Source: Anthoceros angustus (lineage: Eukaryota > Plantae > Anthocerotophyta). From it: DNA of 64,000 bases. Shown piece after piece: positions 49,201-61,739 of this stretch (position 1 is the first letter of the stretch; every line of letters begins with the position of its first letter). The DNA lies in the NCBI GenBank assembly GCA_010909165.1, contig VJWM01000151.1:550248-614247 (forward strand), given 5' to 3'. Below the pieces are notes generated by a model. The model was not told where the DNA came from. It saw nothing but the letters and a program-made list of their open reading frames with translations, and did no database searches. A program made the translations under genes and the position numbers.

Positions 49201-52200
49201 TCTCGGCTCACTAGAAGCTAGAGCACATTCTTGACCATTTTCTTGTCTTTCTCTATGAGGTGGTGAGAGGGTCCAAGATAGATTGGGCTAGGATGTTCTA
49301 TGACACATGCGAGAGGGACCACTTGACCCTACCATCAGTCCTCGCTCTATCTCCCTTCTTAATCCACGTTTTGACCATGCCAAGTTCTTTGGAGGGATAG
49401 AGATGGTCTCGACCTTCCATGCAGGCGGTGTTTGAAAGAAGGAAGCCCAAAGAGGAGTCGGAGGAAGAGGCCATCTCCGGTGGCGGGAGTGAGGATGAGA
49501 AGTCAAGTGTCCATGAAGAGGAATGTGGCGGTTGCTAAGGTATCGCGGTTGCTAACAAGCGGAGTTGCTAAGACTCAACAGGCACCAAGAGGGGTGAGCA
49601 ACAGGGGACTCCAACCACTCCTAGAGCCACAAGAGCACGACTGGGAACTCACACAGCGGAAAGGCAGGAAGGCGGCACCGTTCCGCGAGAGTGGCGGGAA
49701 GCCACAGTCAGGAGGAATCGGCCCAACCTTTGGGCAGAGTGACCGAGAAAGTCACTACTGTTCAAGGGTGACCCTCAAGTATACCGGAAGTGGTCGCGAG
49801 TCGATTCGCCCGAGATAGGAAGGAGGAACCCATCCCAGTGGGGTTTGGGGCCTAACATCACCCTACAGCTGGTCTCACTGCTATGGCACGCACTAGGGGT
49901 GAGATGGAGGACCGATAGCTCGGTCCTCTCTCTTTGTTAGGTTCTGGTGCACAGAGGCGGCTAAGGAGCTCCGTGGAATGAAGCGAAGGAGGTCTTGGAG
50001 GGCGCCTAGGTAGCATGGAAGCGGAATTAAGGAAGGTCCGAGAAGAGTTGCGTGGAAGACCAAGGATCGAAACCCTCATGGTTCACCTCCTGACGCACAA
50101 AGCACCATAGGGGAGCCGCACGTCATCTCGATGCGCAAGTTCAGCCGAAACTGGATACTACCGGGCCAAGAAGGAGAGGGACGAGGCAAGGAAAGGTTGG
50201 AAAGAGGCCAAGAGGGCTGTGATTGCAAGGAGAGCCACCGTGGAAGATGCGGAGCCTCCATGGAAGAATCTGTCGAGTTAGCACACCGAGGAGGTTGCTA
50301 AGCAAGCAAGCCGCTAAGGAAGCAACAACTCAGACCTGTTGCTAAGGGAGCAACAGCTCCAAGACCGAGCTACAACAAGGAAGAAGGGGCAATGGAGGAG
50401 GACAACAGCTGGGGGAGCGGTAAGCACCGCCTAAGAAGTCTAACTTCCCAATGGTGCATTAGATTGAGGATGCTTATCAAGATAACCATGTGCCCGGATT
50501 CTCCTTGGGAGAGAAGATTGTCTCCGAAAGTTTATGTTGTTGTGGGCACAGGACATGGAGGTACTTGATCCATGCCTTGACGGCACGGATCCTACCTATG
50601 GGTTGGATTCTTAAGGAGGAAACTCTCACCGACCCATCCAGATTCAAGAGCTCACCGAGGAGGAGTACTGCATCATGCGGCGAGCACAAGAGAGAGAGGA
50701 GTCCAGCTGAGGAGGTAGAGATTTTATGGGAGAGATTGCCCAACCAGCCAAGAGGGAGGAGAGCAAGAGGAGAACATGGGGCTAGGCCTAGGAGGCCTGT
50801 GAGAGGTAATAGGGGTAAGTGGCCAAATAGCTAAAGGCCCATGTGTTATAGATCAAATCTTATCCTCTCTCATAGTGGATGTAATTGATAGATAGGCCTC
50901 TAGGATTGGTAGGCTAAGACCGATTGGTATTTTTTGGCAAGCGCCCAAGCCGCTTTGTAATGATCTTGGGTATAAGAGGCACTCTGATGAAATGTAAGCA
51001 ATGTTGGCCTAAGTCTTGTGTTTAATGAGCACGGGGTTTGGGAGGGTTCCAGATCCAAAGGTTGTAAGCCTAGGCACCGCTCCTCCCAGGGGCCAAGAAG
51101 ACTACTGTTGCCCAGATCCGTGTGCCGATCCGCAAGAGTGGTGGAAAGCAAGGAGGGAGCCTTGGTCTCCTTGGAGGGAGTCCTCAAGGTCAAGAGGAAG
51201 GGGTCGGGAAGCCGGGGAGGCTGTCCCTCCTTTACTCATTCTCTGCAGTTTGTCTAGTACTCACCTTGTGTTTAAGTTTTTCAGAGTGTCGAAGGTCGCG
51301 GGAGAGAAGAAGACAAGGCGGGGAGCCGGTGTGTGTGAAGGGAAGGTTGAAGTGAGTTGGAGGCCTGTGGGCTTGTGTTTGGAAAATGAGAGGGAAAAGT
51401 GAACTGTGAGAGAAGTGGAGAATGCTGGACATGGAGAGTTGCTGATTGGCTGTTTGAGAGGAGTAAGAAGGACTGGAGAAGTCTGTAAGTGATGTTTGTG
51501 TCAAGAAGAGAGTCGGAGTGGAGGTTGAAGATCCGTGAGTGGATGAGATGGAATGATTGGGAGGTAGTGAACAAGTATTTTGAGAGTTGGTGAAGTGTCA
51601 AGGTCTGGATGAGAACCTTGTAAGGACTGGAGAGGAGCTGAGTCGAAGTGGAGATTGAATGGGGCGTGAGGTGTGAGAACAAGGAGAGTTGAAGAGAGTT
51701 CTGGGGAAACTTGGAGAGTGTGGGGATCTTGGGTATAAGAGGCACCTCAAGGACTGTGAGAGAGCTGGAGAGGTCTGTATGGAGCTGGAAGGTGAGCTGA
51801 AAGGCTGGAGAGGCAAGGAAGTCTCAAGAAGTGCAAGAGTGAGAGGAGGGGGAGTTATGAGAGCAGTAATCCTGATTGGTGGATCTAACTTTGTGGATGA
51901 GTAAGAGAGAGAGAGAGAGAGAGAGAGGTCAGCTTATCCACTTGGATCCCGACTGGGACCCACCTATTAATAGCCGACTGATCCCAAGGTGGACCCCTCT
52001 AGAAATAGAGGTTGCTAAGTTAGCAACCGGTCTCCGCTGCCGGGTGGCATCGAGGTCAGGCGTGGCTAAGATAGCCAGTGTCCGAGTGTTGTTAGGTAGT
52101 TCGTCTCAGAATCGCTAGATGTTTTGGTGTGTCCGTGTTGGTTGGATTGGCTATGTTTTGGTTGTCTTGACACGAAATCACTCCCTTGGGAACGAATCTC

Positions 52201-52264
52201 AAGTCTACAACGATAAAGAGGGTAAATGTGGCCTCTTTGTGACCACTTGGTTTAGAAAATCACT
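46263..52264. mobile_element. Unclassified 6.0-kb insertion with internal ~1.3-kb duplications and retroelement accessory-ORF-like peptides
   Basis: Begins with TG and is flanked by a CCACA direct repeat (46258-46262 / 52265-52269); removing it rejoins the ParB and linker ORFs in frame. Module TGTTTGAAAGAAGGAAGCCCAAAGAGGAG recurs at ~46753, ~48160 and ~49429. No RT/integrase seen. Confidence 0.7.
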
Positions 52265-53058
52265 CCACACCTAGCAGTTTGTACAGATTAAACTTCCATG
52301 CCATGGTCATCTGCACTCCGTCCCGTTTTGCTATAATCAATTCGTCCCTCAAATATCTGACTTGCTCAATGAAATTCATTTTCTTCCTCCTGTCAGACAA
52401 CACATTGTGATCTGTTGCAAGAATACGCATCTCCTGCATTGTCAGACCACAATACACATGGGCCTCCACATACTGAAAGCGAGTCTTCCCGGGACATATA
52501 TCTGCCAAGTGCTTCATTGCTGCATAAGTGTGGTTGCCTCCAAGAACCCTCCTGATGTATTTTTTTGCCCTAAACTTGTCCCAATCTAGTTTGCTCAGGT
52601 CTTCACACTCTGCAGGGTCAATCATACATAACAGAGGTAATACGCCTTCTTCGATCCTGCCCTTCGAAATCATGCGTGCTAAGTAATTTGTCCATGGTTC
52701 GTCAACCCTCCATATCTGAGCATCCGGTGTGAGGTGTGATGCTGGCCGAAGGTTCTCCAATTTTACAAGAACTGTCTCCAAAACAACCTTTTTTGAATAG
52801 GCCGATTCCCTGATGTGAGTTAGTCCCGAATAGCATGTGCTAACCGCTCCTTGTCCGTTGATACATGAACAGATGGTATGTCCTCTAGCAACTCCTGCGC
52901 CGTTTGCATGTTTTTTCCTTTTTTTCTCCCTGGTCCACTAGCCAGGTCCACGCTCTGTGAACGACTCCTCTCGCCTGATGCTTGGCCCTCTAATGCCTTC
53001 CTTTTTCCTTTGCTGCTTTTATTCCCACTCACATCCTGCATGGAGGCAAGGAGAGGAG
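52265..53058 (-). CDS. 5' part of the same gene: ParB/Srx-like domain
   Basis: RRVLGGNHTYAAMKHL...VEAHVYCGLTMQEMRILATDHN...KMNFIEQVRYLR resembles the ParB/sulfiredoxin xxGNHR core. Preceded, across a 1-nt frameshift at ~52820, by a basic N-terminus MQDVSGNKSSKGKRK (ATG 53041). Confidence 0.7.
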
Positions 53059-53059
53059 C

Positions 53060-56000
53060 TGTAAACGTTCTGGATAGAACGGAGACGGCGAGAGCAGAAC
53101 AAAAATGATTGAATTAATTAACAAAAGGGTCTCATATGTCTTTTATATCTAAACCTAATCACTTAACTGTTATGTCCAATGATCACATACGGTTTATAAA
53201 CAATAACCCAAGCGAGTGTAGGTTAACCAATATGTGCGTATGCGTATTAATTCTAACACTCCTCTTAAACTTCACGAGCTTAAAAACGGTATCACATGGC
53301 TCTGAACTCCTCGCCACCCAATCGAACTTGAGAGCAAACGTGCCAGAGCCCTTAAGATGGCGGTCGTCCTTCCTGCCCACCGACATCATCATCCAGCTTC
53401 ATCCATCCAGCCTCCCCGCCGTGCACCGCCATGTCAACAACAAGCGAGATGAGCCGCGGTCAATCATGACGGCCAAGGGAAGAGACTCGCTTCGCAGAGG
53501 CGCCACCACCAGCTAGGAAGAGCCCTAGACAAGGGCCCCTTCCGACGATCGACGAGTCACACCGCAAGCCCATAAAGCGAGGCACAAGATGGAGGGCCGA
53601 TGCTGGAGAAAAAGCAATCGAGGAGGCTGCAGCCCCCGACTCGGGACGAACTTGAGAGGAGATGAGCTTGATTGGCCGCCTGCATGCTGGCGACCGGCAA
53701 TCGTATCAAAGAGTCCTCCGGGTTGCTACTGCGAGTGGCGATTAAATTCACGTGAGGCTTCATCCGTCCTACGGCCTTTGATCCTCGTGTGGCTCTCACA
53801 TACCGATGCAAAACATGTGCCTGTGGATGCTGTAGGAAGTAAGGGCTGGCGGTCTTTGGAGGCCGGTGAGCTAAATCAAGCTATAGGAGTATCAATCACC
53901 AATTAGAAAGCATAGGCTCCCACCCCACACCCACGGATACCTGCACTCTATTTTGCGTCCTTGAACATGTAACTCCGTTGCGTGAGTCCAAGTCCCTCCA
54001 TATGCCGATAATGTCTCGATTTGGGCGGGGCCTTGGTCAACACATCTCGTTTCTCATCCGTGTGAACATAATCGAAACAAAGACGCTCCACCACATTTAC
54101 GATATAATGGTGTCAGATCTCATGTGTTTAGTTCGGGCAGGAAACCTAGGGTTTGCAACAAGAGCAAGGCATATATTATCACACAAAGAGGAGTTGGCCT
54201 CATCTGCTGCTGGCCCAAGTCTGCAAGGAAAGTCCTTTCCCACTCTGCCTCTTTTGATGCATCACCAAGCTCAGAAGCCTGTGACAGGAGGGTATAGAGG
54301 CTTGCTTTTTACAACTCCAATTGATGGCTGCATTCGCAAGAAGGAAACAGTATGTCGAAAGGCTTTTCCTGCTATCACTATCGATGCCCAATCGGCATGG
54401 GTAACCTTTAAGGTGCTGCTCTGCCAACTCATTATAGATAGTCCATAACATTGGGTGCCCTTAAGGTACTAATACTCTTTTGGCGGCTACCCAATGTCAC
54501 ACCTGGGTTTCTGTGAATTGGGAGAGTGTGCTCACGGATGAATATCCGGAAAGTGCCACTCACAAAAGATAAGGCTTCCTATCAAGTGATGTCTCAGAGG
54601 CACATCTGCCATTTCCCTTTCTCTCACTTTGATTGTGACATTGCAGCTTGTGAGTTTAACTCCCATGGTCAAGGTGGCCGGTCGGGTCGTGCTGGTCTAG
54701 CTTAAACTTGGTCAAGATATCTTGGATGTCTTGTCTTGGTGTATCACTATCAGATGCCCAATCGGCATCAGTGAATCCCTTTAAGGTAAGCTGTTCTTGC
54801 CCACTGCATTTATAGCATAGTCCATAACATTGGGTGCCCTTAAGGTAACGGAATACTCTTTTGGCAGCTACCCAATGCGCGCGACCAGGGTTTTCCAGGA
54901 ATTGGGAGAGTGTGCTCACAGAGTACTGAATATCTGGACGAGTCCAGTTACCTACAAAGATAAGGCTTCCTATCGCATGTCTGTAGGGCACATCTGCCAT
55001 TTCCCTTTTCTCTGCCTCAGATTGTGGACATTGCAGGCTTGTGAGTTTAACTCCCATGGCTGAGGGTGTAGTTGCTGGTCGTGCTTGGTCTAGCTTAAAC
55101 TTGGTCAAGATATCTTGGATGTACTGGTACTGGTGTATCATTAGAAGTCCCTCAGATCTCACACGAAGTAGCTGGATACCTAGGCAAAATTTCAGTTCTC
55201 CTATATCCTTCATTTCGTATTTGCTGCTCAACATGGATTTCACTTCTTCAGCTTGCTTGCCGGGCCGGGCATTGGATCACGCCATCCACGAAGGGCGAGC
55301 ACCACATATCTTAGCCTCTCAGAGCTCGTAAACATAGCTTGATCGCTTGAATGATGCTAAGGAGGTAAGCGTGGATGTTCAAGTACTAGACTTCCAGGCA
55401 CTCATGAGAAGGTCTAACAATGTTGCACACTTCTGGGATGATTTTTATCTATCATTCCCCTCGCCGCCTATAGTAGGTCCTCGTCTAGTGCTCCATAGAG
55501 TAGCCGTGCACACGTCCATTTGATACAATTCCAGGTTATGTTTTGCAGCTAAAGCTAGAATCATTCGATTGATTGTGATCTCAATGCGGAGAGAAGGTTT
55601 CGGATTACTAATCACCGCAGTGAAACTCTCACACAAGTCCTTGTATCCGCTATCTCACCTTTGTCATTCAACTTTAATTTGAATACCCACTTACAAGAGA
55701 TGGGTTTCACGTGCAAGTCCACCAATTTCCGGTATGGTTTTGACGAGGCTATTGAACTCGTCATCAACATAAATTTCCATTGTCTTTTCGTGGCTTGAAA
55801 AAGCCTCTTTTAGCGATTTAGGTTCCAAGTCAATTGTGGTTGATGCGCATGTATAGCTTCAGCATAAGATGTGCGGAAATCGATGGACTGGTATCTAGGC
55901 TCTTTCCATTCTTCAGGAGGTGGCCTGTACCTGCTGGAACGTCTTGGAGGAGGTCATCCCATGAGTTCTTCCTCACCGTCCAAAGATCGACATCAAGAGC

Positions 56001-59000
56001 ATCAGGTAAGCCTCCTGGATCATCAGCCTGTGCTGCATCTTCCTGGAAATTCTGATCGTGAAAGTTATCATCATTGCCAGGAACGTTTACAACATCGTCT
56101 ACATCGCCTTGTGCCTGGTCAGGTCCTGCTCATGTGGGATCGGATGACGTGGATCGAGGTTGCCGGAGCCTCACTTGCTCGGGTTAGGCTCGTCACCGGA
56201 AGTCAAATTCAGATGTTTCTTCTTCCAGATTTTCTCCCTCAGCAGCTGGATTGACTCCCTCAGAGTCCAAATGGGACTGAAATCCTGGAGTAGCAGGGCG
56301 TGTAGGCTCAATGAAGGTGACAGACCTGGCCAGAACAGATGTCTGTGAGGTAGGATTGTACAATTTGTATGCCTTGGAAGTTTCACTATAACCAACAAAG
56401 ATGAGGGCTTGAGCACGAGGGTCTAACTTCCGCCTCTTTTCTTCAGGTATAAGTGCAAAAGCACGGGATCCGAAGACGTGGCAAGCTTGGTTTCTGTTCC
56501 ACATGGCTTCAAAAGGTGTCTTCAACGGGACGAGTGTAAATGTGAGTACATATGTAGCAAAGAACAATAGCCCCTACCCCAAGTTTTGAGGTAATCCAGT
56601 ACATGCTACGTGTCATGGATAAGAGGGTTTGGTTCTTGTGCCACCATTCCGTGGATGGCGTGTATGGAAAAATCAAGCCTCAGACACCATGTTCAGAATT
56701 AAGAATTGTATTCAATATCGCCCCAATACTTGATCGAATTTCCTCGTCTAGTGCTCCATAGAGGTATGCACCGTCCATTTGATACAATTCGAGGTTATGT
56801 TTTGCTAAAGCTAGAATCATTCGATTGATTGTGATCTCACGGGGAGAAGGTTTCTTGGTAGTCTAATCCCTCGATGTGTGAAACCCACAGCGACAAGTCT
56901 AAGTGTCACAGCTATCTCCACATTCAACTTTAATTTGAATACCCACTTACAAGAGATGGGTTTCTGTCGGTGACAGTCCACCAATTTCCGGTATGGTTTT
57001 GCGAGGCTATTGAACTCGTCATCAACATAAATTTCCATTGTCTTTTGGGGCTTGAAAAAGCCTCTTTTGATTTAGGTTCCAAGTCAATTGTGGTTGATGC
57101 GCATGTATAGCTTGACATAAGATGTCTGAAATCGATGGTGTATCTAGGCTCTTTCCATTCTTGAGGTGGCATTACTGCTTTGGGCGTCTTGGAGGAGGTC
57201 ATCTCTGTAGGGGTTCTTCCTCAATTTCAGTCCAATGCACATCAAGAGCATCGTAAGCCTCCGGATCATCGGCTTCTTTGCATCTTCTGGGTGATCGTGA
57301 AAGTTATCATCATTGAGGCGTTTACAACATCGTCTACATCGCCTTGTGCACAGTCGGTCCTTCATGTGGATGCGATGAGCCGATGGGGTTTGCTGGGTAT
57401 CACTTGCTACTGCAGGTTGGGGAGCTGCGTCGTGCAGGAAGTCAAATTCGGATGTTTCTTCTTCGATTTTCTCCCTCGGTTGGACTCCTCGAGTCCAAAT
57501 GGGTGAAATCCGGAGTAGCGGTGTAGGCTCAATGAAGGTAGCGGACACGGCAGGCAATTTATGTGAGGTAGGATTGTACAATTTGTATGCCTTGGAAGTT
57601 TCACTATAACCAACAAAGATGAGGGCTTGAGCACGAGGGTCTAACCGCCTCTTCTTGGTATAAATGCAAAAGCACGGGATCGAAGACCCGTAAGTCGACA
57701 AGCGTTTCTATTCCATGGCTTCAAAAGGTGTCTTCAGCGGAAGAGCTTGCTGAGTACATATGTGACAACAATAGCTCGGCGAAGTTTTGAGGTAATCCGG
57801 CAGAAGCATGCTACGTGTCATGGATAAGAGGGTTTGGTTCTTGCGTTCGGCCACACCATTCTTTGTGGCGTGTATGGAGCGATCAGCGCCTCATACCATG
57901 AGTTCAAAATTACGTGCCATTATCAGTCCTTAAATACTTGACTGAATTTCACGTCAGGTCTGATTTAAACCCGATCCTGAATGTGTGAAGGTATCACTCT
58001 TGAGTTGTAAAGGGTACGTCCATGTATACCGTGAGTAATCATCCGTGATACTTAGGTAATACAAAGCACCAGAGTGGTACTTGATTTTCCCCGAAGATAC
58101 AGTGCGTTCGAGGACAGCCTTTGCTCAGTATGACGCCGGTGTGGAAATGGACGATCATGGCTATGATGCAAGCCTCACGGAAGGAGGTCCTTAAAACATC
58201 GAGGTAAAGGTTCCTTATGACATTCTCAGAGACATATCTACCAACAGGCCGTGCACGGATGTGTGAGGCGGGCATGCCAGACCGCTAATTTTGTGTCTGT
58301 GGATGCTAAACCCGCTACACCTTATGTGTGAAAATGTCCAGCTCGACAGAATTTTCGAATGCCTCAAGGCGTACAAGGATGGGTCGATTGAAAAGTGCAT
58401 GTGTCATCTGCTGACCTTCATGTGGTAGGTCCTCTGCGCATTAGTTTGCTAAGGGGAGGAGGTTCTTTGCCATTGGCACATGTGACATCCTCGTAGGGTC
58501 AATTGATCCATCATGAAGACGAACTTGCATATCTTGTCCTTGTATTTGCAAACTGGTCTTGTTTTGTTCGCCACCCGAAGCACTTTTGATGTGGATCAAG
58601 GCGTGAATCGAGTGAAGAACTCGATTTTGTCCTTGCATATGTGTGAGGTTGGAATCAAGATACGCTCCCTCCTTTGTGCGAGCAAGAGATATGCTGAGGA
58701 TCTTCACGGTGGTTTGGTGTCACCGATTGTATCTTTAATGGTGACATTCGAAGGCTCTTAGTAACGTTGAGGTTCACCAATTTCTTCTTCTTACACTCTC
58801 GGGCCCAATGACCAGCACCCGCCACACCGGTCTCTTGGAGGATGACGACCCATCGTTTGCCACTTGTCGGAGGTCGGGTTTCTAACTTGTTTTGTTAGGT
58901 CGAAAGCAGAGCTAACACCTTTTACGCTTTGTTCCTAGGTACACTAGCGAATTCAAACGGATCGCTCCTCTTATACAAAGCACCAATCACATCTTCACAT

Positions 59001-61727
59001 GTGATTGTGCTTGCGAACCTCCAAACTCCACTAGGTTTGAGTCCATTCGTTGTGACGAAAGCTTGATAAGATGGGGGCAGGCTAGAAAGTAACCTTGCCT
59101 GCCGACTGTATCTTTCTCCGGGCCAAGAGGTAATTTGTGCTCGTAGTTGACGAAATCGGCTTGTATGTGCCGAGATCTTGTCTCCCTCCCTCATCTTCAA
59201 TGTAGTCTCTCAGATGGCATGTAGACTCATCATGTTTTGACTTTTGTATGTCCTCTCCGGTGATCGCATGTAGCAGACCGTGAGATGTTCGACATCGGCA
59301 CAAGGTCCACGCCCGTGCCATTGATGGCACATCTGTCTGACATCATGAAGGGAACTTGATGTCCTTGTATTTACAAAGCGGTCTTGTTTTGTTTCACCAG
59401 CACTTTTGATGTGGTGGCGTGAATCGAGAGTGAAACTGATTTTGTCCTTGCATATGTGTGAGGTTGCGCCGGAATCAAGATACGCTCCCTCCTTTTTATG
59501 CGCAGGCAAGACATACGGTGAGGATCTTCACCGGTGGTTTGGTGTCACCTGATTGTCTGTCTTTAATGGTGACATTCGCAGCGCTCTTAGTAACGTTGAG
59601 GTTCACCAATTTCTTCTTCTTACACTCTCGCCCAATGACCAGCAATTCCCAATTACAATTCAGTCTCTTGGAGGATGACCGTCGGGTTTGCCACTTCTTT
59701 GGAGTCGTGTTGCCTTGGACTTGTTTTTGTTAGGTCGAAAGCTAACACCTTTTACGCTTTGTTCCTAGGTACACTAGCGAATTCAAACGGGGCCTCCTCT
59801 TGGTACAAAGCACCAATCACATCTTCACATGTGATTGTGCTTGCGAACCTCCGGCTCCACTAGGTTTGACAGTCCATTACGTATTGTAAGCTTGATAAGA
59901 TGGGGCGGGCTAGAAAGTAACCTTGCCGCCACCGTGACTCATCTTTTCGCCATCAGGTAATTTGTGCTCGTAGTTGGAAATCGGCTTGTATGTGCCGAGA
60001 TCTTGTCTCCCTCCCTCATCTTCAATGTAATATGCGCACATCATATGTAGACTCATCATGTTTTGACTTTTGTATGTCCTCTCCAGCTGATCCCATATGT
60101 CAGCGGCATCTGTGAGATGTTCGACATCTGGCACAAGGTCCACGTCCAGGCCATTGATTAGGAAACCAGCAATCTTTGTGTCGAGTCCACTTGGCAATGT
60201 CATCACCGCCGCTTGTTTACTCCAAAGTGGCGAGGGAAGTTTCGTAAGTTCTATCCACAATGTTCCAGACACCTTGCGCCAACAGGATGGTCTTGATGCG
60301 AACACGCCAAACAGGATATCGGTTCCCATTAAAACGGTCTTTCTCCTTTAGCTCAGAGGTAAAGGTTGGACCAGACATTTTTATGGGTTTGGGATTCGGC
60401 TTTGGCTTGGGTCTGATGTTAAACTGACCAAATTGTTGAGCTAGTGCATCGATTTGTGCCGTGGACATGCAGATGTAACAGAACACCTGAAAGCTATGGC
60501 TTCAAGATGATTCTGGTATACCTAAATGTCCTGCAACATTCATGTTAGCTCATGCATCACGTTTTGATATCAAACTGACCAAGAGTGCGAGGGATGATGT
60601 GGGGGTAGCGGAGGAGGAGAGGATAGAGACTTATCCTAGCCTTCTCTTGCTAACCTCCTCATCAAAGTCTTCCCAAGGTTTACTTTAACACTTGGCCAAA
60701 GCGTTATGCGGGTTAGTTTAGAGAAAGGAAGGTAATGACGTTTCATTTCTTGACCTAAGCCATGTCCCGTCAGATAAAAGTAACTCTTCTAAAGAACCTA
60801 TCAACGTGCAAGGGACACAATGCCGTGAAGGGGCACCAACTGTTGCGCGATCTGATCCCGATGGCCTCTGTCGTGCAGTTTCCTGTTGTCTGAAATTTCG
60901 TGTTTAGAGCCATCACCGAGGAGTAATTGGTAGGTGAATTCTCCTCGCCTCTTGGGTTTGCACAATGTTCCTCGTGTTGCAATGTGTGATCACACAATTG
61001 GCGTGATAGAAGCCACAAGATTCTTGATTATTTGTAGCTTCGGCCCGAAACCCAAGGATTTGATCACCGCTGGGGTTCCGCCTTCGATCGTCAACTCGTC
61101 TTCAAGACTTCCGGTTTGACAAACGTATGAGTCCTCTCCACACGATACGGTGTGGCCAAGGTCTGCCGCAGGTTCTGGCTAGTTTGGTGGAATTGAATTT
61201 CTATTTTTTGCCCATCACGCCGTGTTGCTGTGGTTCTAGTTTGGAAGAGAGAAGGGGCACCACCTTCGTGGCGTAGATTGTGATTCCGCCCCTTTGTTGA
61301 CAACGGTTTATATACCCATCCGTGATTGATTTTTGCGCACTTTGAGCCTTAATCTCCCACTAGAATGGGTTTCCAAAACGCCTAAGGTACCGGTAGTCGC
61401 CTGTGATATAGGTCTAGCACTCATCCGATGGTACAAAGGAATTGAGACTTGTCGCCCACGACGATCTCTCCTGCTTGTGCCTTCTGATTACGTATTCCTG
61501 CACGCGCCTAGGCATTTGCATGGAAGTTGCCGGGATGCGCAGGGCCTGACACCATGTAAACGCTCGATAGAACGAGACCAGAGGGTAACAAAATGATTGA
61601 ATTGATTAACAAAAGGGTCTCATATGTCTTTTATATCTAAACCTAATCACAACCAAGTTAAGGTCCAATGATCACATACCAAGCTAAACAATAACCTAAG
61701 CTAGTGAAGAACCAATATGTAATGTAT
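53060..61727 (-). mobile_element. Ty1/copia element with short LTRs (53060-53258; 61555-~61727 truncated) and multiply duplicated internal domains
   Basis: The LTR copies share TGTAAACG...TGATTGAATT...AACAAAAGGGTCTCATATGTC. PPT AAGAGGAG at 53259-53266; PBS-like TGGTGTCAG at 61546-61554 (minus). RT/RH peptides include YRHAIGSLIF, GFTDADWASD, NWSCKKQ; INT LDPRAQALIFVGYSETSKAYKLYNP; PR YLDSGATSHI; gag FNGNRYPVWRVRIKTIL. Confidence 0.9.
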
Positions 61728-61739
61728 GACCCTCTTGTG

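Noticed and set aside
34080-53058. Idea that the CACTA TIRs delimit the transposase-MTase element
   Set aside because: The TIR pair closes at 37579 and encloses neither gene, and the transposase motifs are not TnpD-like.
44217-53058. Bacterial contamination as the source of the ParB/MTase gene
   Set aside because: It has a spliceosomal intron and is interrupted and flanked by plant-type TEs contiguous with spliced plant genes.
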